Of a stretch of DNA of 64,000 nucleotides, positions 12,281-24,830 are shown in pieces. Both the position numbers and the translations under genes were made by a program. The notes below the pieces were generated by a model. The model did not search any database. It worked only from the letters and a program-made list of their open reading frames with translations, and was not told the DNA's origin. Location: contig OX597834.1 of the NCBI GenBank assembly GCA_951406725.2, positions 31,124,001-31,188,000 of the forward strand, written 5' to 3'. This stretch comes from Octopus vulgaris (Eukaryota). The stretch's first letter is position 1; every line of letters starts with the position of its first letter.

Positions 12281-12755
12281 TGTTAAATAATTAATAAATT
12301 AAATTATACCCATTGAACCATTGAATCTCTCCATTTTCAAACTTAGTAATTATATATATATATATATACACACACACAGTTTTGTAACTTCCTGTTGATT
12401 AAATATCATAAGAAAGTAGGAGTATATATATACAGAGAGGGAAAAACAACCTCGCTTAGCAATAGGTGGGGATTGGCATCAGGAAGGGCATCCGGCCGTA
12501 GAAACTTGCCACACGCATAGCGCTGCGTATATGTGCATACATTTTGTAGATGCGGGCATGGCTGTGTGGTTAGGGAGCTTGATTCCTAGCTACATGGTTT
12601 CGGGTTCAGTCCCACTGCGTGGCACTTTGGGCATGTGTCTTCCACTATAGCCCCGAGTCGACCGAAGCTTTGTGACTGAATTCGGTAGGTGGAAGTTACT
12701 GCCATGTGTGTATATGTGCGTATAGCTGCTCAGTGCCTCTCTGAAAGAGAGAGAG

Positions 12756-12786
<31 letters not shown>

Positions 12787-13181
12787 ATGAACTTGGCTCA
12801 CTCCTTTAAAGTGTTTGTCATTAGGGAAGGCATCTAACTGTAGAAACCATGTGGAAGCAGGCACAGCTTGGCACAATTCTCTGACTCATTGGTTCCTGTT
12901 GAACCATCCAGTTCATGCTAACATGGAAAAGGGGGATATTAAATGATGATGCTGATTATTATTGTTCAGCTTTAGGCGAACAATCTGCAGAAACGATTTG
13001 CTTAAACTGGTCAAATGTTTGTGCCGTACACTAGCTCACTCCCTCCATCAAATTGACGTTGCCTAAACATGTATACAACCACATGTCTATATCTGTATAT
13101 GAGTGGACCTAGACAAATCTACTTTTCTCTCTGTGGGGCTTGATGATCAAGTCGAACATATATTTCCACCTTACCTGTTTG

Positions 13182-13259
13182 AAATCACCTGAAGAGGGCA
13201 GATTTTTGTCATGATTTAACCCAAGAATACGTCTATAAAATACTGCTGAAACACCTGTT
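13182..13259 (+). ncRNA. Hammerhead motif interrupted by a SINE
   Basis: AAATCAC-CTGAAGA-GGGCAG...CTGCT-GAAA-CACCTG-TT, followed by a SINE B tail. The stem I partner GTGAATTT appears after the SINE at 13408. Confidence 0.55.
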
Positions 13260-13410
13260 ACTCTTACTCTTTTACTCTTTTACTTGTCTCAGTCATTTGA
13301 CTGCGGCCATGCTGGAGCACCGCCTTTAGTCGAGCAACTCAACCCCGGGACTTATTCTTTGTAAGCCCAGTACTTATTCTAGCGGTCTCTTTTTGCCGAA
13401 CCGCTAAGTG
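13258..13410 (-). mobile_element. SINE family B 3' fragment
   Basis: (CTCTTTTA)n tail and GACTGCGGCCATGCTGGAGCACCGCC...CCGCTAAGTG. Confidence 0.85.
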
Positions 13411-14688
13411 AATTTTGACCCCCACTTGTATTCTTCTTTCACACACACACACACACACTACTTATCTACCTACCTGGTCAAAATATTTTAGCTGCTTTAT
13501 GTTCAAACTGGCCGGATCTGGTTTCTCACACCTACCCTGCAATGTCATTCCAGAAACAGACAATCACAACATTGAAGTCTTGATAATGCAGGATTCATTC
13601 AAAACAATGTGAATAAATAATAAACATTATTATATTCGACAGAATAACCTGAATGCCAAAGTCTCGTCTTTGAGGTCTTTCCTGAGTGGCTGGCCGTAAG
13701 TTCTTTGAACTTGTCACCTCCCTGGAATGTTTTTATATATATAGAAATATATGTGTCTGTTTTGTTTAGATTTATCCAGGATTCTCACAAGTCTGTCTAC
13801 TAATCACTTGTATATGGGAAGTGAAATTATAATTAATGACTGCCGTAAAATAAATAAACTGCACAGATTTAGCACACACCCTCCGCACACACACGCACAC
13901 ACACACACCTCCATTGTGTTAACTGAGGTGGGGGGAAAAGCTTTTGTTTTTGTCAGAGAGCCTCTTTGCACTCATTGAACGTACTAGAAATAGCAGCCAA
14001 ATCTCCTGTCTCCCTCCACAGATTCCACTTGAAATATAGATTGGTGCAGGCATGGTTGTGTGGTTTAGAAGTTTGCTTTGTTACTATGTGGTTTTTGGTT
14101 CACTTCCACTGTGTGGCACCTTGTGCAAGTATTGATTATAACAACCCTGGGCTGACCAATGCTATCTGAGTGAATTTGGTGGACAGAAGTTGTGTGGAAG
14201 CATATGTATATATGTGTGTGTGTGTGTGTGTGTTTGTACCTGTGTTTATTCCTGTGCTCCACTGCTTGACAACGGACGTTAGTTTGCTTATGGCTCCTGT
14301 GACCTAGAGGTTTGGCAGAAGAGACTGCTAGAATAAGTACGAGGCTTAAAAAACAATGAGTTCTGGGGTTGATCTGTTTGACTAAAACCCTTCAAGGCAG
14401 TGCCCCAACATGGCCACAATCCAATGACTGAAACAATTGAAAGGAAAATGAAGATATTTTCAAGGATGATCGTTGACCATTGGCCATTGGCTGTACTTGC
14501 GAAGACCTGTCACGCCAAGCGAAATTATAGTTGTGACCAATGCTGGTGTCACATAACTGGCTCCCTTGCCAGTGGCGCATAAAAAAGCACCTGTGCAGGT
14601 GGCACTCTTGGAGTGGTTGGTGTTAGAAAGGGCATCCAGCCATTGAAACCCTGATTAATTAAACTGACTTGATTATTCTTTTAGAATA

Positions 14689-15086
14689 TCTTTATATATA
14701 AAAGTGAAGTTGTGTGTCTGTCTCCTACGATTTAGATTTCTAACTACTCCCACATTTTGCGGTGCAGTTTAACCAAAACCGGGTATCTTATAGTCGTGAT
14801 TCATATCGAGCCCTTCTGGGTATTAGCGCGTGTCTACGATGAGTCTACAATTTAAAGAAAAAATTACCATCATTTTTTTCCATTTTAATGCATTTTTTTC
14901 GCTATTATATAAGGGAAGTAACTCTCTAAAAATGTCTACGATGAGTCAACGATTTTAAAATAAATTTACCATCATTTTTTTCCCATTTTTAATGCATTTT
15001 TTGCTACTTTTTGGCTATAACGCTCTAAAATTGCTTATATAGTTATTTCCCTTACAAACCCGAGCAACGCCGGGCGATACTGCTAG
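14689..15086 (+). mobile_element. Non-autonomous Helitron
   Basis: A|TC...CTAG|T termini with no TSD, subterminal hairpin CCCGAGCAACGCCGGG at 15059-15074, and an internal ~100-bp tandem repeat. Confidence 0.85.
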
Positions 15087-15510
15087 TATTTTATAAACTA
15101 TTTAGCTCTATATTTATAAATATCCGGAGACATTCTGGGCTTTTGACATGTTGTTTTTTATGTGGTCCTAGATTGTTGTTGGCTGAAGAACTTTCAGAGT
15201 AGTTGTCACAAATAAAATAGAATTTCTTGGTTGTATTTTTTCTTTTTTTGGTGGCTGGGGTGGGGGACACATTTTATTGTTTACCCATTGTGTAAATGAT
15301 ACTTTAAGAGCCAAAGAGGGAGCCAGTGACTGCTGAGACTAATTAAAATGACTTAATTATTGTTTGATGGTATAATTTATGAACAATTTGATGCCAAACT
15401 TGAAGTGCATACCTTAGTGGTTAAGATGTTGGATTCCTGACTGCAAGATTGTGGTTTCAGTTCCTGGACCATGCAGCATGTTGTGTTGAGCAAAATACTT
15501 CATTTTTTTC

Positions 15511-15630
15511 ATAATACTCCCTGGATGGGATGCCAGCCCCTCACAGGATTATTCACCTTCATTCCACTCATTCGTAGAATGAAGGTGAATAATCCTGTGA
15601 GGGGCTGGCATCCCATCCAGGGAGTATTAT
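15511..15630. repeat. Perfect 54-bp inverted repeat with 12-nt loop inside a decayed tRNA-SINE
   Basis: 15511-15564 is the exact reverse complement of 15577-15630. The loop is CACTCATTCGTA. Confidence 0.95.
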
Positions 15631-15799
15631 ATACACCAGAGAAACCAGCAAACAAGCCCCTTTGCCCTTTATAGAGCAATGTGCACTGACCCCCATAACA
15701 CCAAACTTTAGAATATTTGTACACGTTTTGCAAGTCCATCTTGTTCTTGTTTCTCTGTGGTCCTTCTGCTTTGTACTGGAGGTTGTTGGTTGTGGATAT

Positions 15800-16161
15800 A
15801 CTCTTTTACTTGTTTCAGTCATGCTGGAGCACCGCCTTTAGTCGAGCAAATCGACCCCAGGACTTATTCTTTGTAAGCCCAGTACTTATTCTATCGGTCT
15901 CTTTTGCCAAACCGCTAAGTGACGGGAATATAAACACACCAGCATCGGTTGTCAAGCACAGACACAAACATATACACACACATATATATATACATATATA
16001 CGACGGGCTTCTTTCAGTTTCCGTCTACCAAATCCACTCACAAGGCTTTGGTCGGCCCGAGGCTATAGTAGAAGACACTTGCCCAAGATGCCACGCAGTG
16101 GGACTGAACCTGGAACCATGTGGTTGGTAAGCAAGCTACTTACCACACAGCCACTCCTGCG
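15800..16161 (-). mobile_element. SINE family B
   Basis: Near full-length reverse copy. Confidence 0.85.
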
Positions 16162-17009
16162 TATGTAGATACGTGGTGTAAAGAATACTTTATGAGCCAA
16201 TGAGGGAACCTGTGATTACTTCCACTAATTAAACTGGTTTAATTATCGTTTTATAATATATTTTATAAACAATAAAATCCTGTACTTTTAGAATATTTTT
16301 AGACATTTTAAGAGTGCAGGATATCGTTTGATGTGTGGTTCTTTCTGTTTTGTACTTGGGGTCATTGGCTGTATACAGATTCAACCACTTTTATCATGGT
16401 TTGAAACTTGAGTCACTGTTGTTGTTATTGTTGTTGTTGCTTAAAAGCTTCTCATTTTCCTTTTTTGTTTTTTTGGTCAGTATTTTATTGTATGTTTTTC
16501 TTGTTTTAATCTTTTTTTTTTTTAAAGTCTGCTGTGAAAGTCCTGTTTTATGTATTGTAGATATTCCATGAGTTTGTGGTGGTGGTGGTGTGGGTGTGCA
16601 TAGAGTATTGTCTCGTTTGTCAAGTAACAAATGGGTAGGCAGAGTTGTTCGAGCATTGGATAGAACTCCTTCGACTACGGCCGGCTTCGGGCTGATCAAA
16701 GCCTTGCAAGAGGATTTGGTAGCCGGAAACTTAAAAGAAGACCATTTGTACTCCACCACCACCACCACCCACTGCTTGATAACCAGTGTTGGTGTGTTGA
16801 TGTTCCTGTAACTTAGCATCAGGCTTTAAAAAAAAAATATGTACTAGGATTGATTTTATTCATTTGACTAAAAAGAATTCTTCAAGGTGGTGCCCCAGCA
16901 TGGCCGCAGTCTAATGACTAAAACCAGTTAAAAATAAAAGGTCCAGAAATACCTCTGGTTCAGTTACAAGCACAGGCCTCCAGCAGATGATGATGATGAT
17001 GATGATATA

Positions 17010-17223
17010 TATTTCTTTATTGCTCACAAGGGGCTAAACATAGAGGGGACAAACAAGGACAGACAAAGGCATTAAGTCGATTACATTGACCCCCAGTGCA
17101 AAACTGGTACTTAATTTATCGACCCCCGAAAGGATGTAAAGCAAAGTCGACCTCGGCGGAATTTGAACTCAGAACGTAACGGCAGACGAAATACGGCTAC
17201 GCATTTCGCCCGGCGTGCTAACG
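17010..17223 (-). mobile_element. SINE family C
   Basis: Reverse copy inserted in (GAT)n. Confidence 0.85.
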
Positions 17224-18918
17224 ATGATGATATAAAGTTTGTGTGTGTGTATGTGTGTGCATATGCATACACACTCACATGTGGTGTATGCAATTAGCTG
17301 TTTGTGTATTAACGACAAAATCATGGTGTTTGAATTTGTGCAATAGGTACATAATGTGATTGACAGTCTCTCTCTTTCTCTCTGTCTCTCCCTCCTCTCT
17401 CTTTCTCTCTCTCTCCTGTTTGAAGACCATCCCTCTGCCAGCAACTCCTACTGCCATAAAACTCACTCTCTCACTAACCCTAATGCGATAATGGTTCAGC
17501 TGAGTGTTGAGTACAGACTGACCAGTGGTGAGTAGAGCCACGGACTAAATACTTTGTACTGCAGTGTACGCTTTAATACTCATTTAACCTACACTTGCTT
17601 CCCACTTCCTTCCCACCTCACTCACTCACTCACTACTATTACTGCTACTTCTACAACCACCACCACAATGATGACAAGGACCACTATTACTGCTGTTACT
17701 ACCTCCTCTACTATTACTACTACCTCCACCACCATCACTGCTACTACTGCCAACAACACCACTATTACTGCTGCTGCTACTACTACTACTACTACCACCT
17801 CCACCACTACCACCACTACTACTGCTGCCACCATTATTAGATGTCGAAGACATATGATTCGTCAGATGTACTAAGTCTTTGCTCTCCAAGATGACATACC
17901 TTGGAGCTGTAGGAGTAGTGGTGATGGTGGTGGTGGTGGTGGCCGGTGGTGTTAGTACTGGTCATTTAATGCTGAGATGGCTAAAGTGTTAGAGTTGTGG
18001 TGTGTGTATGGTTGGGGGTGTTCGTCCAGAAGTGTTTAGGTAAGTTGATTGGGTGGAGATGGGGGACTTTTTAAAGTAAAATGGAAAAAAAGGACAAAAA
18101 AGTTATAAAATAAAGGAAGAATGAATAAATACCTGAAATAAATACCAGGGTCAATTTATTCAACTAAACCAGACATGGGCAAACTACGGCCCATGAGACT
18201 TTCGGAACGGCATGCCCAATGAAAGACCCCCTTGGACGTTTTTAGTAGTCTGGTCTGTGTGATTTATAAGCCGTGTGGCCTGCTTGGACTTACCCCCTTA
18301 GAAACAATGCCCCAGTATGGCCATAGTCCAATGACTGAAACAAGTAAAAGGAGAAAAAATTGCAAAACAAGATCATCAAAAAACAAAAAAAATAATAACA
18401 AAGCAAAATCATCTCATCTGACCCAGAGAAGAAGTAAAGAAAAAAGAAAATATGTCTTCTTTGGCTCTGTTAGATTCAACCAAACAGTATTTATCTCTTT
18501 TGACCAGAGATACTGGATTTATTGTACTGTTCACAGCTCTTTTGTTACCATGACAACTAATGGACTCCATATCTGTGTGTGTGTGTATGTGTATATGTGT
18601 ATGTATATATATCTTCTGCCATCCATCATCCCTTCTCTAGTCCTGTACTAAGCCAGCCAAGTCTATTAGTGTGTCTTGTCTGTGTCCTGAGAGAGAGAGA
18701 GAGAGAGAAAGATTGACAAAATCTGTCTGCTTAGGTACACATAGACACAGAGGCCTAATTTTCTATAGCTTGGTCTTCATTCTGACTTGCAAACACCACA
18801 CAATTTCTATGTCATACACACACATACATATATACATATATACATATACATATATATATATATATATATTTTGTGTCTTCTATCGATGCCTATATTATAT
18901 ATATATATATATATACAT

Positions 18919-18971
<53 letters not shown>

Positions 18972-19017
18972 CACGTATATGTACATATACATACTCCATA
19001 TGTATATACATTCTCTG

Positions 19018-19052
<35 letters not shown>

Positions 19053-19148
19053 ATGCATGCATACATGCCATAAACACGCATATGCAGTATGTGTGCTGGA
19101 TTGCTTGTTACTTTAATAATCAAGGTTTCTTTTTTGTAGACATTATCA

Positions 19149-19206
<58 letters not shown>

Positions 19207-20334
19207 GCTCTTTTATCCTTTATTATCTGAAAATCTGTGTAATCTGTCCAGTGCAGTGAGTGCAGTATTCACTGTTGCTGGTACTCTGCACACGCACGTT
19301 ATACAGCCTCAAACGCATACATTTACGCGGCACACGCATACACATCTGCAGTGTCACATAGAGCCACACACACACACACACACACACACTCACGCAACCA
19401 CATGTAATGACACAGTCTGCTTCAGCCTGTGCCACTTACACGCAGAGATTAGCATCTCCCTGCTGCTAACCTCTTTCCAATAGATACATTCGCTGTTTCT
19501 TGTGGTGGATCTATTTTGCTGGGAAATAGATATAAATACTGGATCTCCCTTCCCTGAAAGCCGAAGACCGTTAACAACCTTTAGTAGGGAAAGGACAGCT
19601 TGGAATAATGTAGAGAGTGGTAGGTGGTGTCTTGGTATGATTTGAAGATCTACTCCGACAAACTCTGATTCATGCATACATGGAAAAGTGGACGATAAAA
19701 TTATGTAAAGAAAAAATAATTCAAATGTACACATGGCCCCTGGAGGGTGTCCTGTTTGATGTTCTAAAGATTATATTAAAAAGTGTGTCTGTGTGTATAC
19801 TTGGAGAAGATGCATCATGCTATGTAATAATTGCTGCCCTCCATACATACAGGCTTGACCTTTACAGGTACCAGTGCCACATAAAAGGCACTTGTGCTGG
19901 TGTTGTGTGAGTGTGCCCATCCTGGTGACATATAAAAAGCACCTGATACACTCTGTAAAGTGGTCGGTTTTAGGAAGGGCATCCAGCCATAGAAACCATA
20001 CCAAAACAAACATGGGGCCTGCATAGCTTTTCAGTTGCCCAATTCCTGTTAAACTGTCCAGCCCATGCCAGCATGGAAAGCAAACGTTAAACGATGATTA
20101 TGATATAAGTAAATAAATAATATATATAAATAAGTAAATATACATAAATATGTCATCATCATTTAATTGGTATGGATTGGATGGCTTGATCGTGGCTGGT
20201 AAGGCCTGGGGCCGCACTAGTCTCCGGAGTCTGTTCCGGCACAGCTTTTACAGCTGGATGCCCTTTCTAATGCCAACCACTCAATAGAGTATACTGAGTG
20301 CTTTTAATGAGCCATCAGCATATATATATATGTA

Positions 20335-20395
<61 letters not shown>

Positions 20396-20504
20396 TGCCT
20401 TGTGGGTGGAGTTTTATAGAGACTGTAACATCCTGTGCAGGTTTCAGTCTTGCCCCGGGCTTGCTCTGAGCAGGGTCTTAGTAAAATATATATTTATATT
20501 TATT

Positions 20505-20558
<54 letters not shown>

Positions 20559-20583
20559 TTACCTCTCTCTATATATATATGTG

Positions 20584-20621
<38 letters not shown>

Positions 20622-21137
20622 CACACACACACATATGGTGAGGTGCCTTTAGTTTCCATTTACCAACTCCACTCCTAAAACTCCGGTTGGTCTGGGTCTA
20701 TTGTGAAAGACACTTGTTTAAGGTGCTGAGCCATGGGACTGAACCTAAAACCACACGGTAGGCAAGCAAGCTTGTTACCCACACGGCCATGCCTGTAAAA
20801 GTAAAATGGTAGTTAATCGCATATCGATTAACTATTACTCCTGATTGAGTAGACCCTATGATTGAAAGTATTCCAACCAGGACCATCCTGTCTTTGTTAG
20901 AGTTACCTTGAGCTATATTAAGCAATGTGTCCTTCCTCTTTTCAAGATTTCGGGGTTTAAATTTAAAAAAGATTTTGGCTGCTATTTCAAGCAGGCTGAG
21001 CACCAATGGTGAGGCTGCCTTGGTGAATGGCTTCGCATCTATAGAGTCATCGGCTTGTGGTGGTCACATGACAATGTCTTCAAAGTGTTGTTGTGGTTGT
21101 AGCAGAAGGCACAAAGGGTGCTGGGTTGTTGTTGTTG

Positions 21138-21169
<32 letters not shown>

Positions 21170-21875
21170 GGTGGTGGTGGTGGTAAGGGATTGTGATGGT
21201 GAGAAGTGAAATCCCTCCCTCACCTCCCGGCCCCTCCAATACATTTTGCCTTGCCAAGTCTCCACCACAATTGCCATCCCCACTTCCGTCACCACCACCA
21301 CCACCATTGTCACCATCATCACCATCATCATCATCATTATCTCAAACCTCTTGTTGCTTGTTTGATTCTTTAATCCTCTCCGTTGGCAGTTCTGCTCTCA
21401 CTTTGTGCCCCTCCCCTCATGTCTCTCTCTACTAAACTCCTCCTTGCTCCTCCTCCCCCCTCCCCCACACCTTCTGAATCTTCCTCTTCTGCATTATTTA
21501 TTCAGAGCAAAAATATGGCTCTCCTCCCCCCCCTCCGATGCTCTACTTTTTCTTACTTTGAATAACATTTCGTAAGTCTCCAAAAGATAGAGAGAAAAAG
21601 AGAGAGAGAGAGAGAAGGAGACACACACACACACACATATATAGAGAGAGAGAGAGAGGGAAGGAGAAAAGGAGAGAGAGGGAAGGAGGGAGTTTAGTTT
21701 TGCTTAGTTATTAGTTATCATCAACATGAACATCAAAATCATCATCATCATCATCATCATCATTATTATTATTAATGTTGTTGTTGTTATTGTTGCCCTT
21801 CAGAATGGTTCTTTCTGAATAAACAGATCAGATTACATTGTAGTTTCTGTAAATATATGAATGGTTTCTCTCCTT

Positions 21876-21919
<44 letters not shown>

Positions 21920-22272
21920 TTCTCTCACTTCACACAATATTATCCCCCCACCACCACCACCACCATCCCCACATCCTTTCTTTCCTCATCTCCACTCCAC
22001 CCCCACCCCCGCCAGCACCACCCTATCACCACCATTGCCGCCATAATATTGGTGTTTAAATATGATTGAAATATAAGTTTTATGAAGTTCTGTATCTGAC
22101 CTGTTTGGTGTTGGAGGCTGGTAGGGTGGTTGTGGTGTTTGTATGTGTGTGTGTGTGTGTATAGGTTGTTGTTAATGTATTACATCTGTGTGTGTGTGTT
22201 AGACAAACAAAAGGAATGTTCTGTAATATATATGTGTGTATGTGTGCATGCAAAAACAGTATATATATATAC

Positions 22273-22327
<55 letters not shown>

Positions 22328-22631
22328 ACACAAACACTCATACTCCAAAACAATACATACGCATACACACACATATATATATATATACATACACAGACAT
22401 ATACACCTCAATACAATGTATGTTTATGTATTTGTGTATGTGTGTGTGTGGTGTGTGTGTGTGTGTGTGTGTACACAGAAGCCCCAATAAACACATGTGT
22501 GTGAATGTATATATAGCCATACATTCTTAGTAAAGTTGACTATTTGTTCATTACTTAAAGTTTGTTGCTGGAGAAGCAGTCATCAGTTGGTACAGTATCT
22601 AAGAGCAAATATCAGTTGACTTTGTCATTAG

Positions 22632-23027
22632 CCCTTTAAGTATTTCAATTGGCCACATCCAGCCAAAAGATCCAGTCTCTCACACCTACCCTACAATGTC
22701 TTTCTAAAAGTACACAATCACATCATCAAAATCATAAAGCTAGGAGATAATGGTATAATTCAGTGTTTTTCAAACATTTTGCTGGAGTGGAACCCCAAGG
22801 AAACATTCCGCTGGCTCGAAGAACCCCTGTGCAATAATTTAATAGTCTTATGCACACATATCTGCACAGGAGAATTGAAAATTACTGCCGATTTTAGCAG
22901 TTTTGTAACTTCTTGCGGAACCCTAAGGTTCTGCGGAACCCTGGTTGAAAACCACTGGTATAATTAAATGAAAACAATGTGGATAAATAAGTATTTAATT
23001 TGACAGAATAATCTGAAGGCAAAAGGG
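22632..23027. mobile_element. piggyBac-like MITE (family F2) hosting a nested hAT MITE
   Basis: CCCTTT...AAAGGG ends and body TCTCACACCTACCCTACAATGTC shared with the copies at 28385, 37752 and 54821. Confidence 0.7.
22761..22957. mobile_element. hAT-superfamily MITE
   Basis: TIRs CAGTGTTTTTCAA / TTGAAAACCACTG and a perfect 8-bp TSD GTATAATT at 22753-22760 and 22958-22965. Confidence 0.9.
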
Positions 23028-23312
23028 TCGAGTCTACGTGGAGGCATAAACAGTGATGTACATTATCTTCTTTAAATATTGGTTTTAAATAACGTTCCAT
23101 TTTCTTCTTATAGTTATAGTTTTTAAAGTACATATTTTTTAAATAAAGTTTTAGACTAAAATTACTCATGTAAAATGTATGCATGGATTGGGGCAGATGG
23201 TTGTTGCCTCATGGTTCTGGTTTCAGTGCGTGCCACCTTGGCCAAGTGTCTTCTACAGGCTGACCAAAACCTTGTAAGTGGATCTGGTACATGGAAACTG
23301 AGAGAAGCACGT

Positions 23313-23356
<44 letters not shown>

Positions 23357-23546
23357 ATGTATACATTTATGTGTGTCTTGGTGTCTGTGTTTATATCCCT
23401 GTAACTTAGTGGTTCAGCAAAGAGACCGATAAAATAAGTACTAAGCTTACAAGGAATAAGTCCCAGGGTCGATTTTTTTTACTAAAACCATTTTAGGCAG
23501 TGCGCCAGTATGTCTGCAATCAAATAACTGAAACAAGTAAAATAAT

Positions 23547-23578
<32 letters not shown>

Positions 23579-24389
23579 TATATGTATATATATGTATGTA
23601 TGTATGTATGTATATGTTTCTGCGTCTGTGTTTGTCACCCCCCACCATCGCTTGACAATTGATGTTGGTGTATTTACATCCTGTAACTTAGCAGTTCAGC
23701 AAAAGACACTGGAAGAATAAGTATTAGGCTTACAAAGAATAAGTCCTGGGTCGATTTGTTCGACTAAAGGCTGTGCTCCGGCATGGTCGCAGTCAAGTGA
23801 CTGAAACAAATAAAAGAATATATCTATGTGCAGACACACACATATATATGTATGTGTGTCCTGTTGTCGAGACATCATGTGATAGTTGTAAACAAATACC
23901 CCTGTCATACAAGTGATGTTGTCCATTTCTAGTCTTCCATGGAAAATGTATCTGGCTCAGGGGAAATATCTCTTTGCTTGGAAACAGGTGATGGTTGGTG
24001 ACAAGAAAAGTATTTGGCCAAAGAAAATCTGCCTTGATAAATTTGGTCTGACCCCAAACTAGCATGAAAAAGGGACAATTAAACAATACTCTTTTATTTG
24101 TTTCAGTCATTTGACTGCGGCCATGCTGAGATCAAACAAATTAACCCCAGGACTCATTCTTTGTAAACCTAGTACTTATTCTATCAGTCTCTTTTGCCGA
24201 ACCACCAAGTTATGGTGATGTAAACACACCAGCATTGGTTGTCAAGCAAAGGTGGGGGAACAAACACAGACACACAAATACATAGCATATATATGACAGG
24301 CATCTTTCAGTTTCCGTCTACCCAATCCACTCACAAGGCTTTGGTTGGCCGAAGACTATAGTATGACAGTCAGATGCTTGCTCAGAGGT

Positions 24390-24830
24390 GTTCTATGTAC
24401 TCTCATTGTTTCTGCCCCAGCCATTTTGCTTATGTCCAGTTCATAGCAGAGGAGCACTTTCCTCTCTGCCTTTTCCTCCCTTTCCATATCGAAGGTGGTC
24501 AAGGGCTTGACCAAAGAAGAAAGCCTCTTGGGTCTTGAGTCCTTACAAGCCTTGTTTGCTCTCAATCTCTCTCAACGTAGCCACCAGACAGACAAAATGA
24601 AACAAAGCAGAACTCCCTTCCTGCCGTCTGCCCTTCCCAGTTGAAGGAGGATAGCAAGGTGATCTTTACTGGAGACTCGTTGGTTGAGCTTCTCGTTTAG
24701 TCTGCATGTACCAACAGCTGTTAGACATAACTCTCTGTGCATCAGTACACTAATGCCTAGATGCCGAACTAACAAAGGCATGAGGCCACAAAAGGTTTTG
24801 GAGAGGCGGGCAAGTTGATTTGTCTTCAGT
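24390..24830 (-). pseudogene. Probable L1/Tx1-like LINE ORF2 C-terminal relic
   Basis: A GC-richer, coding-like island. Frameshifted translation (V*QLLV..ESPVKI..SFNWEG..VWWLR..ERKVL) resembles Tx1 C-termini; the resemblance is from memory only. Confidence 0.45.

Noticed and set aside
15471-15739. Mirror peptides NTPWMGCQPLTGLFTFI on both strands
   Set aside because: An artefact of the perfect inverted repeat, not a protein.
18671-19483. 270-aa ORF (and similar YI/CV/HT-rich ORFs throughout)
   Set aside because: Translation of (TA)n, (CA)n and (ATT)n microsatellites; no domain.
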